Positions 28,847 to 37,934 of a stretch of DNA of 64,000 nt are shown one piece after another. The DNA is from Candidatus Bathyarchaeia archaeon (GTDB lineage: Archaea > Thermoproteota > Bathyarchaeia > Bathyarchaeales > Bathycorpusculaceae), in contig JBEKHN010000004.1 of assembly GCA_050012255.1 (NCBI GenBank), positions 47,951-111,950 on the forward strand, given 5' to 3'. Within the stretch, counting starts at the first letter, position 1, and each line of letters begins with the position of its first letter. Under the pieces are notes generated by a model. The model ran no database searches. It worked only from the letters and a program-made list of their open reading frames with translations, and had not been told where the DNA came from. The position numbers and the translations under genes are program-made.

Positions 28847-29275
28847 CTACCGCCTTGTGTACCTCTGCGAGCCACTATTTAGCATTTTGTCTTTCTCAAT
28901 TTGCATGATTCTACCACTCTGACTGTTAGAAACATTGCCCCCAACTGGCAAAAGGACCTCAGTAGCGCCCGTAAGGACCGCATCAACGGTGCTACGTGCA
29001 GAAAAAACCGAGGGGGGTAGGCGTGTTAGACGAGGCAAAACACGAAACAGGGAACGTTAAGGGTATGTTCAAGATATCTCGCTCCTCAGATGAACATTGC
29101 AACGGTGGCGCGCGCTGAGAATAGGAATCAAGCTGCTGCTCAGAGAGCAGACGAAAGGGCAACCAGGTGACCGTGAATAGACGTTAATCATCAAGCGAAA
29201 CGGGCACACGCTGAGGATGCGAATGCTTCATAAACATGCAACAAGCAGATCAGCCTGTCTTAGAGGGGCTTCGGC

Positions 29276-30208
29276 ATGGAAAGCTATGATTTGATTATAA
29301 TCGGTGCAGGTGCTGCTGGTTTGTCAGGTGGGATCTACGGGGCGAGAAGCGGACTTAAAACTCTCATTCTGGAGGAGAAAATCGCGGGCGGCACGACTGC
29401 AGACGCTCCGTGGGTGGAGAACTACCCTGGGTTTCAAAGCATAAGCGGAACCGAACTTGCACAGAAAATGGCAGCTCATGCCAAGACTTCAGGCGTGAAG
29501 ATCAACGAGTTTGAAAGAGTTGTGAAACTGAGCCTTAGAGGTGACAAGAAGACCGTTGAAACCGAAAAAGCGAGCTATGAAGCCAAGGCAGTAATAGTCG
29601 CTTCTGGAAGCTACTATCGCCAGCTCGGCATTCCGGGTGAAAAAGAGTTTCGAGGAAGAGGCGTCAGCTACTGTGGACTGTGTGACGGACCGTTCTTCAA
29701 GGGAAAAACAGTCTTAGTCGTAGGAGGCGGCAACTCGGCCCTGATAACGGCTCTTTATCTCGCTCATCTCGGCTGCGAAGTCAAGGTTGCACATCGCAGG
29801 GATGTCTTCCGCGCTGAGGACGCCCTGGTTCAGGGACTGAAAAACGTGAAGAACATTGAAGTCTTCATGAACACTGAGGTCAAGGAGATCATCGGCGAAA
29901 AAATGGTCAAGAAAGTCAGCCTGCTTAACAAGCAGAGCGGCGAAACCGAGGAGTTGCCCGTTGACGGTGTCTTCGTCCAGGTCGGGGAAGCCCCCAACAG
30001 TCAACAGGCCGGAGAGGCAGGCGTGGCGGTTGACAAGGACAGCTACGTAATAATCGATGGGTTGCAGCACACGAACATTGAAGGAGTTTACGCGGCAGGT
30101 GACGTTACAAACCATCCTGTTAAACAAGTTGGAACAGCGGTGGGACAGGGCATAACCGCCGCGCTTGAAGCTTATTCTTTCATCCGCAGACCATACTACA
30201 AAAGGTAA
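29276..30208 (+). CDS. thioredoxin reductase-like FAD-dependent pyridine nucleotide-disulfide oxidoreductase
   Basis: 310 aa with 'YDLIIIGAGAAGLSGG', redox-active 'CGLCDG', second Rossmann 'VVGGGNSAL' and 'AAGDV'. Confidence 0.85.
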   Translation: MESYDLIIIGAGAAGLSGGIYGARSGLKTLILEEKIAGGTTADAPWVENYPGFQSISGTELAQKMAAHAKTSGVKINEFERVVKLSLRGDKKTVETEKASYEAKAVIVASGSYYRQLGIPGEKEFRGRGVSYCGLCDGPFFKGKTVLVVGGGNSALITALYLAHLGCEVKVAHRRDVFRAEDALVQGLKNVKNIEVFMNTEVKEIIGEKMVKKVSLLNKQSGETEELPVDGVFVQVGEAPNSQQAGEAGVAVDKDSYVIIDGLQHTNIEGVYAAGDVTNHPVKQVGTAVGQGITAALEAYSFIRRPYYKR

Positions 30209-30320
30209 AGAATGCTCCAAAACTAATATATCGCCCCGAACTCCTTTCCAAACTTTCTAGGGTCTTTCATTCCCAGCTACACTGCAAAGAACCGCTGGCA
30301 AGCGCTGGAGAAACAGTGAA

Positions 30321-31541
30321 ATGAGTGAAAAATGCGTGTCTGCCGTAACGATCAACCAAGACTACTGTAGCAAGTGTTCCATTTGCCATTCCGTCTGTCC
30401 TTACGAAGCCATAAAGCGGGACTTGGAAACAGGCAAGGTGGAGATAGACCTACAAAAGTGTCAGGTCTGTGGCATATGTTACAGCGCCTGTCCTGTTATG
30501 GCGATACAGATAGTCTACTATGACTATGACAGCCTCGTCAAATACGTGAAGGCCATGAGGGAAAAATGCAGGAGCGACACGCTTGTCCTGATGTGCAGGG
30601 GAAACTCGCCGTCAACGTGCGAGGTTGAAGAAATCCTCCAAGAGCAATGCTTGAAAACGAAAAAGTACGTCCCGTTGCGCCTGCCTTGTGCTGGACGAAT
30701 CCCCGCCGAGTTTGTGTTTAAAGTCTTGAAGAGTGGCATAAAGAAAGTTGTGTCCATTCAGTGCGAGGACAGTTTCTGCCGTTTCAAAGAGGGCACCAAA
30801 ATAAGCACCAGAAAGCTGCTCCTCGGCAGGGGGGTTCTTGAACAGCTCGGCTTGCCCAGAGACGCCTTCAAAGTGATAAAGCACTCTAGGAAAGCGGTTT
30901 ACGACACGACAAAATGCGTGGGCTGCGACAAGTGCGTGTTCATCTGCCCCTACAAAGCAATAGAGGCAGAACCGTTCGCAACACCGAGAATACTTAGCGA
31001 AAAGTGCATGGGCTGTGGAGCATGCGCTCTAGTCTGTCCGCACGAGGCTATTGAAATCAAGGGTTTCGAGTTTGAAAACGTTCTGAAACGCTACACAGAA
31101 TCTGCTAAGAAGCTGAAAGAAGCAGGCATATCGCCGTTGGTTCTAGTCTTCGCGTGCCAATGGTCAGAGTTCCAAGCCTTGGATGGTCTTGAAGACCATT
31201 TATTCAAGAGAAAAGCGGTAACGATGGAGATTCCCTGCTTCAAAGCACTCGACCCAATTCACGTTATCAACGCGTTGCAAAACGGTTTTGACGGAGTGAT
31301 CGCCGCCGTGTGCCCACCAGAAGACTGCAAGCTTCAGGAAGGAAAGGACACCGCCGAAAGAAACGTCACTGTACTAAATAACGCTTTAAAGAAAATGGGC
31401 CTGCTCGAACGCTTCGAACTTTTCACAACTTCTCCGCGATGCGTCGGCGAATTCAACGAGAAACTGAACGAGTTCTACGAGAAGATAGCTTTGATGCCGC
31501 CTCTGAAGTTAGAAGCAGTAGAGGCAAAAGCCCATGTATGA
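30321..31541 (+). CDS. polyferredoxin with two MvhD/FlpD-like domains
   Basis: 406 aa built as two modules of [2 x CxxCxxCxxxCP + MvhD-like domain]. The ferredoxin motifs are 'CSKCSICHSVCP', 'CQVCGICYSACP', 'CVGCDKCVFICP' and 'CMGCGACALVCP'. The MvhD-like segments are 'LVLMCRGN...LPCAGRIP...IQCEDSFCRF' and 'LVFACQWS...IPCFKALD...AVCPPEDCKL'. Confidence 0.75.
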   Translation: MSEKCVSAVTINQDYCSKCSICHSVCPYEAIKRDLETGKVEIDLQKCQVCGICYSACPVMAIQIVYYDYDSLVKYVKAMREKCRSDTLVLMCRGNSPSTCEVEEILQEQCLKTKKYVPLRLPCAGRIPAEFVFKVLKSGIKKVVSIQCEDSFCRFKEGTKISTRKLLLGRGVLEQLGLPRDAFKVIKHSRKAVYDTTKCVGCDKCVFICPYKAIEAEPFATPRILSEKCMGCGACALVCPHEAIEIKGFEFENVLKRYTESAKKLKEAGISPLVLVFACQWSEFQALDGLEDHLFKRKAVTMEIPCFKALDPIHVINALQNGFDGVIAAVCPPEDCKLQEGKDTAERNVTVLNNALKKMGLLERFELFTTSPRCVGEFNEKLNEFYEKIALMPPLKLEAVEAKAHV

Positions 31542-32373
31542 AATCATATCAGAGAAAGAGCTTGCCCCGAAAATCAAGCTCTTTGAGGTTCACGCTCCAG
31601 AAATTGCTGAAAAGACGCGCCCTGGACAATTCATAATGCTCATGATACACGAAAAGGGCGAACGCATACCACTAAACATAGCTGGCTACGACACGAAGAA
31701 GGGAACAGTGAGCATCGCTTTCAACGAAGTCGGTAAAACGACAAAACAGCTGGGATGCCTGAAAATAGGCGACTGCATACAGAGCATAACGGGACCGCTC
31801 GGAAACCCTTCAGAAATAAGAAAGTTCGGTAACGTCCTGTGCGTTGCGGGAGGCGTGATGGTCGCACCGATGCTGTTGCTGGTTCAAGCGCTTCGCGAAA
31901 AGGGTAACAGGGTGACCACGGTGGTCGGTGCGAGAATCAAGGACCTACTCTTCTATGAGGAAGAGATGAAGAGCCTCAGCGTCAAGTCTTACGTGGCGAC
32001 CGATGATGGTTCAAAGGGCTTCAAGGGCTTCGATTTTCTCAAGCGTGTTCTTGAAAAGGAGAAGTTTGACCGTTGCGTGGCTTGGGGACCCGTTGTGATG
32101 ATGAAAAACGTGTCGGAAATAACAAAACCTCACAGCCTGCCTACGATTGTCACCTTGTCGCCGATAATGATCGACGGGATGGGCATGTGCGGCGTGTGCC
32201 GCGTCACAGTGAACGGAAAAATGAAATTCGGGTGCTTTGACGGGCCAGAATTCGACGGTCACATGGTAGATTTTGACCAGCTGATAAACAGGCAGAGGAT
32301 GTTCCTGCCAGAAGAGAGGCTGAGCTCACTCGTGTGGGAAATGCAAGGAAGCTGCGCACGTGGCCGAAAGTAA
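31534..32373 (+). CDS. NfnA/SudB-like ferredoxin-NADP reductase-type small subunit (PyrK-like)
   Basis: 279 aa with 'RPGQFIMLMIHEKGERIPLNI', 'VAGGVMVAP' and the C-terminal [2Fe-2S]-type 'DGMGMCGVCRV...FGCFDGPEF'. It overlaps the upstream gene by 8 nt. Confidence 0.8.
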   Translation: MYEIISEKELAPKIKLFEVHAPEIAEKTRPGQFIMLMIHEKGERIPLNIAGYDTKKGTVSIAFNEVGKTTKQLGCLKIGDCIQSITGPLGNPSEIRKFGNVLCVAGGVMVAPMLLLVQALREKGNRVTTVVGARIKDLLFYEEEMKSLSVKSYVATDDGSKGFKGFDFLKRVLEKEKFDRCVAWGPVVMMKNVSEITKPHSLPTIVTLSPIMIDGMGMCGVCRVTVNGKMKFGCFDGPEFDGHMVDFDQLINRQRMFLPEERLSSLVWEMQGSCARGRK

Positions 32374-33769
32374 ACCGAAGCCAAGAGTCAAGAAAGAAGC
32401 CGAGCCGATGCCCAAGCAGAAGCCAGCAGTCCGTAGGAAAAACTTCAACGAGGTTGCATTGGGCTACACCGAGGAGCAGGCCAAAGCAGAAGCAAACCGG
32501 TGTTTGCAATGCGCAAAACCGCAGTGCGTGGCAGGCTGCCCGGTGGAAATAGACATCCCAGACTTCATCAGGCTACTCAGAGAAGGAAAATGCGAAGAGG
32601 CTGCAAAGAAGCTCAAGGAAAAAAACAGTCTGCCAGCGATCTGCGGGCGCGTGTGCCCACAAGAAGACCAGTGTCAGAAATTATGTGTCCTCGGGAAAGT
32701 TGGCGAACCCGTAAGTATCGGCAGGCTAGAACGTTGGTTGGCCGATTGGGAGAGAGAAACAGGCAACGTCAAGGTTCCAGAGAAAACAGGGTCCACAGGC
32801 AAGAAGGTCGCCGTAGTCGGTGCTGGCCCGGCTGGACTTACCGCTGCAGCTGACTTGGCAAAGCTTGGGCACGAGGTCGTTGTTTTTGAGGCGCTCCACT
32901 TGCCAGGAGGCGTGCTTGTCTACGGCATTCCCGAGTTCCGATTGCCGAAGAGAATAGTTCAGGCAGAAGCTGATTACGTTCAGAAATTAGGTGTCGAGCT
33001 TCGCCTAGGGTACTTGGTCGGCAGGGTCTACACGATTCCAGAGCTGCTCAAGAAGAAGGGTTTTGAAGCGGTCTTCATAGGTACGGGCGCCGGTTTGCCT
33101 GCTTTTCTAGGCGTGCCCGGAGAAGACCTGGGCGGAATCTACTCTGCCAACGAGTTTTTGATCCGAGTGAACCTGATGAAAGCTTACGCGTTTCCAGAGT
33201 ATGACACGCCTATAAGGATCGGAAAACACGTCGTTGTCATCGGCGGAGGCAACGTGGCCATGGACTCTGCCCGGTCTGCACTGCGTCTAGGCGCTGAAGA
33301 AGTCTGCATTGTCTATCGACGCTCAAGGGAAGAGATGCCTGCTCGGCACGAGGAGATCGAGAACGCTGAGGAAGAGGGCATAGTGTGCAAGTTCTTAGCC
33401 AACCCAACTAGGTTCTACGGCGACGAGAAAGGCTGGGTCAAATCCATGGAGTGCATCTGCATGGAACTCGGCCCCCCAGACGAGTCTGGCAGAAGAAGAC
33501 CCGTTCCAATAAAGGGTTCAGAGTTCATCATCGAAACTGACACGGTGATAGTTGCCGTTGGAAGAAATCCCAACCCCATCGTGCAGAGCACGACCGAAGG
33601 GTTGGCGGTCACCAAATGGGGAACGATAGTCACAGATGAGAATGGCAAGACCAGCCTTGAAGGCGTCTACGCTGGCGGCGACATAGTCACGGGCGAGGCA
33701 ACCGTGATAAGCGCCATGGGCGCTGGTAAGAAGGCGGCAAAAGCCATAGACGAATATCTTAAAAAATGA
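32360..33769 (+). CDS. NfnB/SudA/GltD-like NAD(P)H oxidoreductase large subunit
   Basis: 469 aa with 'RCLQCAKPQCVAGCPVEIDIPDFI' and 'ICGRVCPQEDQCQKLC'. Two dinucleotide folds are present, 'VAVVGAGPAGLTAA' and 'VVVIGGGNVAMD', plus 'YAGGDIVTG'. It overlaps nfnA-like by 14 nt. Confidence 0.85.
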   Translation: MAESKPKPRVKKEAEPMPKQKPAVRRKNFNEVALGYTEEQAKAEANRCLQCAKPQCVAGCPVEIDIPDFIRLLREGKCEEAAKKLKEKNSLPAICGRVCPQEDQCQKLCVLGKVGEPVSIGRLERWLADWERETGNVKVPEKTGSTGKKVAVVGAGPAGLTAAADLAKLGHEVVVFEALHLPGGVLVYGIPEFRLPKRIVQAEADYVQKLGVELRLGYLVGRVYTIPELLKKKGFEAVFIGTGAGLPAFLGVPGEDLGGIYSANEFLIRVNLMKAYAFPEYDTPIRIGKHVVVIGGGNVAMDSARSALRLGAEEVCIVYRRSREEMPARHEEIENAEEEGIVCKFLANPTRFYGDEKGWVKSMECICMELGPPDESGRRRPVPIKGSEFIIETDTVIVAVGRNPNPIVQSTTEGLAVTKWGTIVTDENGKTSLEGVYAGGDIVTGEATVISAMGAGKKAAKAIDEYLKK

Positions 33770-33870
33770 ACAGACTGTTCCCTAGCTAGCCCCCGCAGTT
33801 TTAGCCCCTCCGGTCGTTGGTGTTGCAATCCTTTGGCACTAAAAGGTCATCTGACAAGCTTCAAATGGAC

Positions 33871-34065
33871 TTATATTTCACGGATTTCGCATTGAAGCTT
33901 CTTGATTATTTCCTCAGCTTTCAACGGCTCAACTTTCAACGTGTAAAGCCTGCTCGGCGTGCGCAGCTTCAGCTTCACAACATCCTTCAGTCTCTTCACG
34001 GCACAATAGTGTGCACGCTCGCTTATGGCGACGAATCGTTCGGCATCAACGATTTCAGCAGGCAC
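33871..34065 (-). CDS. rpl38e: ribosomal protein eL38 (L38e)
   Basis: The 64-aa product 'MPAEIVDAERFVAISERAHYCAVKRLKDVVKLKLRTPSRLYTLKVEPLKAEEIIKKLQ' aligns by eye to eukaryotic RPL38 ('MPRKIEEIKDFL...KFKVRCSRYLYTLVI.DKEKAEKLKQSL'). Confidence 0.65.
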   Translation of the reverse strand: MPAEIVDAERFVAISERAHYCAVKRLKDVVKLKLRTPSRLYTLKVEPLKAEEIIKKLQCEIREI

Positions 34066-34111
34066 AGCTTTTCACACCCGTTTAACGCAGTGTTGGTTCA
34101 TACACGAGTTC

Positions 34112-35017
34112 TTATCTGTTTTGGTGACCGCGTGCATTTAGAGGTTCGTCTATTTCCTTGAGCAAAGCTTCAACAGTTTTCTTTTCCTCTCCATTTAGGG
34201 GTAACGCTGGTCTGCGAGGGTAGCCGCCTGGCATTCCTCTCAGTCTCATCGCTTCTTTGATAGCTGAGAGTTGGTTAAACCTTCTAACAAGTATCTCGTT
34301 TGCAAAGGTTATGCGGTTTTGCAGTCTGCTTGCTTCTTCGTATTGGCCCTTCTTGAAAGCTTTGTACAATCGACTGCACAGCGTTGGGAACACGTTTGCA
34401 ACTGCTATCACTGCGCCTCTGCCTCCGGCTAGAAGTGTTGGAAGCGCGATGTCGGCTGTGCCGGCTAGGACGGAAAGCCTGTTACCCACCAATCTCATGA
34501 TCTCGCTTATCGTGCCAAGGCTTCCGCTGCTGTCCTTCACTCCGATTACGCTTTGGTTTTCAGACGCGAGTTTATGAATGGAAGCTGGTTCGAGAGAAAA
34601 GCCTGTGAACTTTGGAACGTTGTAGACAACTATCGGAAGGTCGACAGCCTCAGAGACTGTCCTGTAGTGTTCATGAATTTCTCTGTTTGTGAGTCTGAAA
34701 TAGAAGGGTGTCACTATCAGCGCGGCATCCACGCCCAGGTCAGCCGCATCCTTGGTAAACGCAATGGTTTCTTGCGTGCTCATGCTACCCGTGCCCGCGA
34801 CTACCGGAACCTTTCCATTGGCCTCATCCAGAACGGTTTCAATGACCTTTGCTCTCTCTTGGCGCGTAAGGTAAGGGGCTTCGCCGTTGCTTCCACACGG
34901 AACTAATCCTGAAACGCCACCTTGCAGCCAAAACCTCACACACGTCCTTAATGCCTTGACGTCGAATTGACCTCCACGCGTGAAAGGTGTCACGTGAGGC
35001 ACAAATATCCCGTCCAA
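34112..35017 (-). CDS. DapA-family class I aldolase (4-hydroxy-tetrahydrodipicolinate synthase or KDG-aldolase-like)
   Basis: 301 aa with 'GIFVPHVTPF', 'GVSGLVPCGSNGEAPYLT', 'YNVPKFTG' and 'IGVKDSSG' (Schiff-base Lys context). TTG start. Confidence 0.8.
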   Translation of the reverse strand: MDGIFVPHVTPFTRGGQFDVKALRTCVRFWLQGGVSGLVPCGSNGEAPYLTRQERAKVIETVLDEANGKVPVVAGTGSMSTQETIAFTKDAADLGVDAALIVTPFYFRLTNREIHEHYRTVSEAVDLPIVVYNVPKFTGFSLEPASIHKLASENQSVIGVKDSSGSLGTISEIMRLVGNRLSVLAGTADIALPTLLAGGRGAVIAVANVFPTLCSRLYKAFKKGQYEEASRLQNRITFANEILVRRFNQLSAIKEAMRLRGMPGGYPRRPALPLNGEEKKTVEALLKEIDEPLNARGHQNR

Positions 35018-35305
35018 AACCAGTTTAGCTATAGTCTTGCCTCCAAGGTGCTCACATGCAAACGTCGCTATATAAGCCTGCGACCTTCAGATTTTCTTTT
35101 CAGCAGAGGAGAAAGCTCTCCTGCAAAGCAAATCGAACTTGAACCAGCAAGCGTGTGCAAGGAGGTGGCGGCCCATTCGCCTATGCTCAGACCGCACGCG
35201 ATGCTTCATGTCCACGTTACAGTTGCGCGGCTTGCCTTCTTGCCGTATGAAATGAAAAGCTTGCGAATGCATCATGCCAATTCAAAGTGAGCACTGATCG
35301 ATGAT

Positions 35306-35974
35306 TTAGTCTTCCTGCTGGATCTCACCCTTGGAAAGACTTAGAATGATTATTCCTAGGAGGGTCACTAGACCTGAGAGACCCGTGAGGTACAATAGAA
35401 ACTCTGGCAAAAGGCCTCCGAGCAATGACCACACAAGAAGCAAGAGACCAATTGCGAAGCCGGTTCCCGCCAAGACCGTTATCAGAATCACGAACAACGT
35501 TCCCGTGAAGCCAAGCTGGATCGGAGTTCTTCCAATCGCACGAGAAACTATCCAATAGCTGCCCACAGCCTTTGCAACGTATCCGTCGATGAAACAGTAG
35601 ATTATGAAAAGAACTATCGTCGTAGGCAAGCTTGCCGCGTACAATCTTATGATGAATGATGGGATAGACACTACGAGGAATGCAATGGCTAGCGCAAACC
35701 CGTGAACCAGCAAGCTTTCCCAATCATCATTCACTTGAATGCTCCATATGCTGTCCATCAAAAACTTGTTGACTGCACCCAAAACAAGGAATAAGATGAG
35801 AAAGCCGATTATCAAGCCTATGAGAGCAGCGAAGACGACTAGGCCCAGAAGAATGACACCTAATACGATACCAATAATCAGTCCAAATATGCTGAACAGA
35901 AGCCCATGCACAAAATATCTTGGCAGTAGATATCTCAAAAGGGACCCTTTCGAGTTTTCTTCAACCATTTTCAA
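35306..35974 (-). CDS. hypothetical multi-pass membrane protein
   Basis: 222 aa with 6 or more hydrophobic helices. No motif recognised. Confidence 0.5.
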   Translation of the reverse strand: MKMVEENSKGSLLRYLLPRYFVHGLLFSIFGLIIGIVLGVILLGLVVFAALIGLIIGFLILFLVLGAVNKFLMDSIWSIQVNDDWESLLVHGFALAIAFLVVSIPSFIIRLYAASLPTTIVLFIIYCFIDGYVAKAVGSYWIVSRAIGRTPIQLGFTGTLFVILITVLAGTGFAIGLLLLVWSLLGGLLPEFLLYLTGLSGLVTLLGIIILSLSKGEIQQED

Positions 35975-36219
35975 GCACCTAGCACGCGCCTATTACTTCT
36001 TGATGGCACAAACCAAAAAACACTAAAGCAATATAAAGCAAGAGTCAACCCTCAAACTATTCTTGATCACCTATTGCCGCCCTCAACCGTGCGATTGAAG
36101 CACAGTTCATTCAACCTGAAAGCTAATATTTGAACTTAACGCGAATTCTGTCATTAGAACAGGCTGTTCGCATGCATACAAATGCGCGCTAGAAGCTTCT
36201 TCCGATAGAAAAGGTTCTT

Positions 36220-36297
36220 TGGTGGGCCGGACCGGACTCGAACCGGCGACCTTCTGCACGTCAAGCAGATGTCCTAACCGAGCTAGACTACCGGCCC
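36220..36297 (-). tRNA. tRNA-Val (anticodon GAC), CCA encoded
   Basis: The reverse complement folds as a cloverleaf: GGGCCGG/CCGGCCC acceptor, GTCT/GGAC D stem, TCTGC-TTGACGT-GCAGA anticodon arm and GCCGG-TTCGAGT-CCGGT T arm. Discriminator A, then CCA. Confidence 0.9.
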
Positions 36298-36349
36298 CGG
36301 ATTTTTCTCTCAGAAGACAACGCTTAGTAATAGATATAGAGCTTTCGGA

Positions 36350-36967
36350 TTACTTTTGCACGCTGGTCTCCTTGTTTTTCGCCATGGCAGACATATACTT
36401 GGAGATGTAGGAGAACGTGAAGGGGCGATACTGAACCTTATCTGTCAAGTCTATCAGGAAGCTTTGAAGACTGTAGACGTCGGCGTGTGGAAACTGTTTT
36501 ATCCCTTCAAGCATTTCCAAAAATGATGAATAGTCTTCGTGAATTGAGACTACGGCAACGTCGTACCCCAAGCCCATTCCTCTCAGCGCGAGGACGCTCT
36601 TCATTCCCCTTTTTTCGGCTATTTCTTTGCCCAGCTCCATCAGCTTTTCAAGCTCTTCAGCGGACACGTCCTTCGGACGCTTGATGAAGGTCATGGCCAT
36701 TATCTTGAAGCCGAGTTTCTCGAAATTGGGTATTATAGTGTACTCTCTGACGTAGCCTTCTTTCTCCAACCTTCTGAGCGTTCTGGTGACTGTGGGCTGC
36801 GAGGTGCCGATTGCCTTTGCAAGTTCTCTGTCACTTCTTCTACTGTTCTTCAGCAGCTCGGCAAAAAGCTTCAGTTCAACATCCTTCAGAACAATCCCTC
36901 CCTGCTTGGTTCGCTCAATCAAGAATTTCTTCACCATGCTTTTAACTTCTTTGCATAACCGCTTCAA
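36350..36967 (-). CDS. Lrp/AsnC-type HTH transcriptional regulator
   Basis: 'DVELKLFAELLKNSRRSDRELAKAIGTSQPTVTRTLRRLEKEGYVREYTIIPNFEKLGF' is a wHTH followed by a RAM-like region. The start may be ATG 36937. Confidence 0.7.
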   Translation of the reverse strand: MKRLCKEVKSMVKKFLIERTKQGGIVLKDVELKLFAELLKNSRRSDRELAKAIGTSQPTVTRTLRRLEKEGYVREYTIIPNFEKLGFKIMAMTFIKRPKDVSAEELEKLMELGKEIAEKRGMKSVLALRGMGLGYDVAVVSIHEDYSSFLEMLEGIKQFPHADVYSLQSFLIDLTDKVQYRPFTFSYISKYMSAMAKNKETSVQK

Positions 36968-36988
36968 CCGCCTATTCCAAACGACTGC

Positions 36989-37759
36989 TCAGACAGCCGC
37001 CGACTCCATCTTATGGCCAAAAATTCGGCTCTTCGCCATCGTGACCAAGAATATGAAGGCAGTAATCGTCACGGCATAGAGAAGAATACCCAACAACCAG
37101 CTTGTCGGCCCAGCTGCCCTGCTGGTCTGAAGGAAGAGGCCGATGAACAGAGCGAAGTACCACAAGGCTGAAGACCACGCGATCGGCAGGACCACCGCCA
37201 ACGCAAAGAGAAACACTGAAAGAACCAAGTAGTAGAAGCTGAGGCGCGGCAGAAGCTTCTTTGTCAGCTGGAGGAGTCTCACGTCACCAACACCAAGGCT
37301 GCTTCGGCCCTGTATTGCCCTGATAAGAATCTTAGACTCAGCGTAAACCTCAGGCAACTCTTCCACAACGATCAGGCCCAGTGCCATGATCAACACGAGA
37401 AGCGTCAGCAAAAGACCTGAATCGATGATCACCAAGAAGAGCGCAGCCGCGCCGAAGCCTAAGACCAGCGGCACGAAGGGCAGCAGACTCAGGAACCTGT
37501 GAAAAACCGTTATCTTTTCGTAGGGGTCGAACACAACAAAGCTCTTGTTGAACACGCTGGCCTCAGAATTCTTTGAAAGACTCTTCAGCTTGCTGAACCT
37601 CAGACGCAGAAAGACGGCCAGAGCCAAGGCTGTCGAACCCATGACAACCAGCGTTGTTGAAGCATAGACAAGGTAGCTGTCCAAGCCAGAAGGCCCCACC
37701 AATAGCGACGTTGAAGTTTTATTAATGCTTGATGCGCCAAAAACACCCGCGCGCGCCAC
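36989..37759 (-). CDS. hypothetical membrane protein upstream of the Lrp-type regulator
   Basis: 256 aa with 6 or more hydrophobic helices. Its stop is 22 nt before the regulator ORF, so co-transcription is likely. Confidence 0.5.
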   Translation of the reverse strand: MARAGVFGASSINKTSTSLLVGPSGLDSYLVYASTTLVVMGSTALALAVFLRLRFSKLKSLSKNSEASVFNKSFVVFDPYEKITVFHRFLSLLPFVPLVLGFGAAALFLVIIDSGLLLTLLVLIMALGLIVVEELPEVYAESKILIRAIQGRSSLGVGDVRLLQLTKKLLPRLSFYYLVLSVFLFALAVVLPIAWSSALWYFALFIGLFLQTSRAAGPTSWLLGILLYAVTITAFIFLVTMAKSRIFGHKMESAAV

Positions 37760-37820
37760 GTAGAAGTATCAGATATGGTGAAAAGACTTTAAGAAACAAC
37801 AAACGTAACTAGCTAGAAGT

Positions 37821-37908
37821 GCCGGGATGGCAGAGTGGTTAATGCGCTGGCCTTGAGAGCCAGTGGCCCTTTGGGGCCTCGCGGGTTCAAGTCCCTCTCC
37901 CGGCGCCA
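37821..37908 (+). tRNA. tRNA-Ser (anticodon UGA), class II with long variable arm, CCA encoded
   Basis: GCCGGGA/TCCCGGC acceptor, CTGGC-CTTGAGA-GCCAG anticodon arm, variable arm GGCCC-TTT(G)-GGGCC and T arm GCGGG-TTCAAGT-CCCTC (one C-U mismatch). Discriminator G, then CCA. Confidence 0.85.
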
Positions 37909-37934
37909 ACAAACCCGAGCTAGCTGTTTACCAC

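Noticed and set aside
28847-29038. Possibility that the 63-aa ORF upstream of the RAM-domain gene (same frame, separated only by TAG) is the missing HTH of a split or recoded Lrp regulator
   Set aside because: I translated all three frames and none shows an Lrp-type HTH. Stand-alone RAM proteins of about 80 aa are a known class.
33817-34161. 114-aa plus-strand ORF
   Set aside because: It is antisense to the eL38 gene and to the 3' end of the DapA-family gene. It has no motifs.
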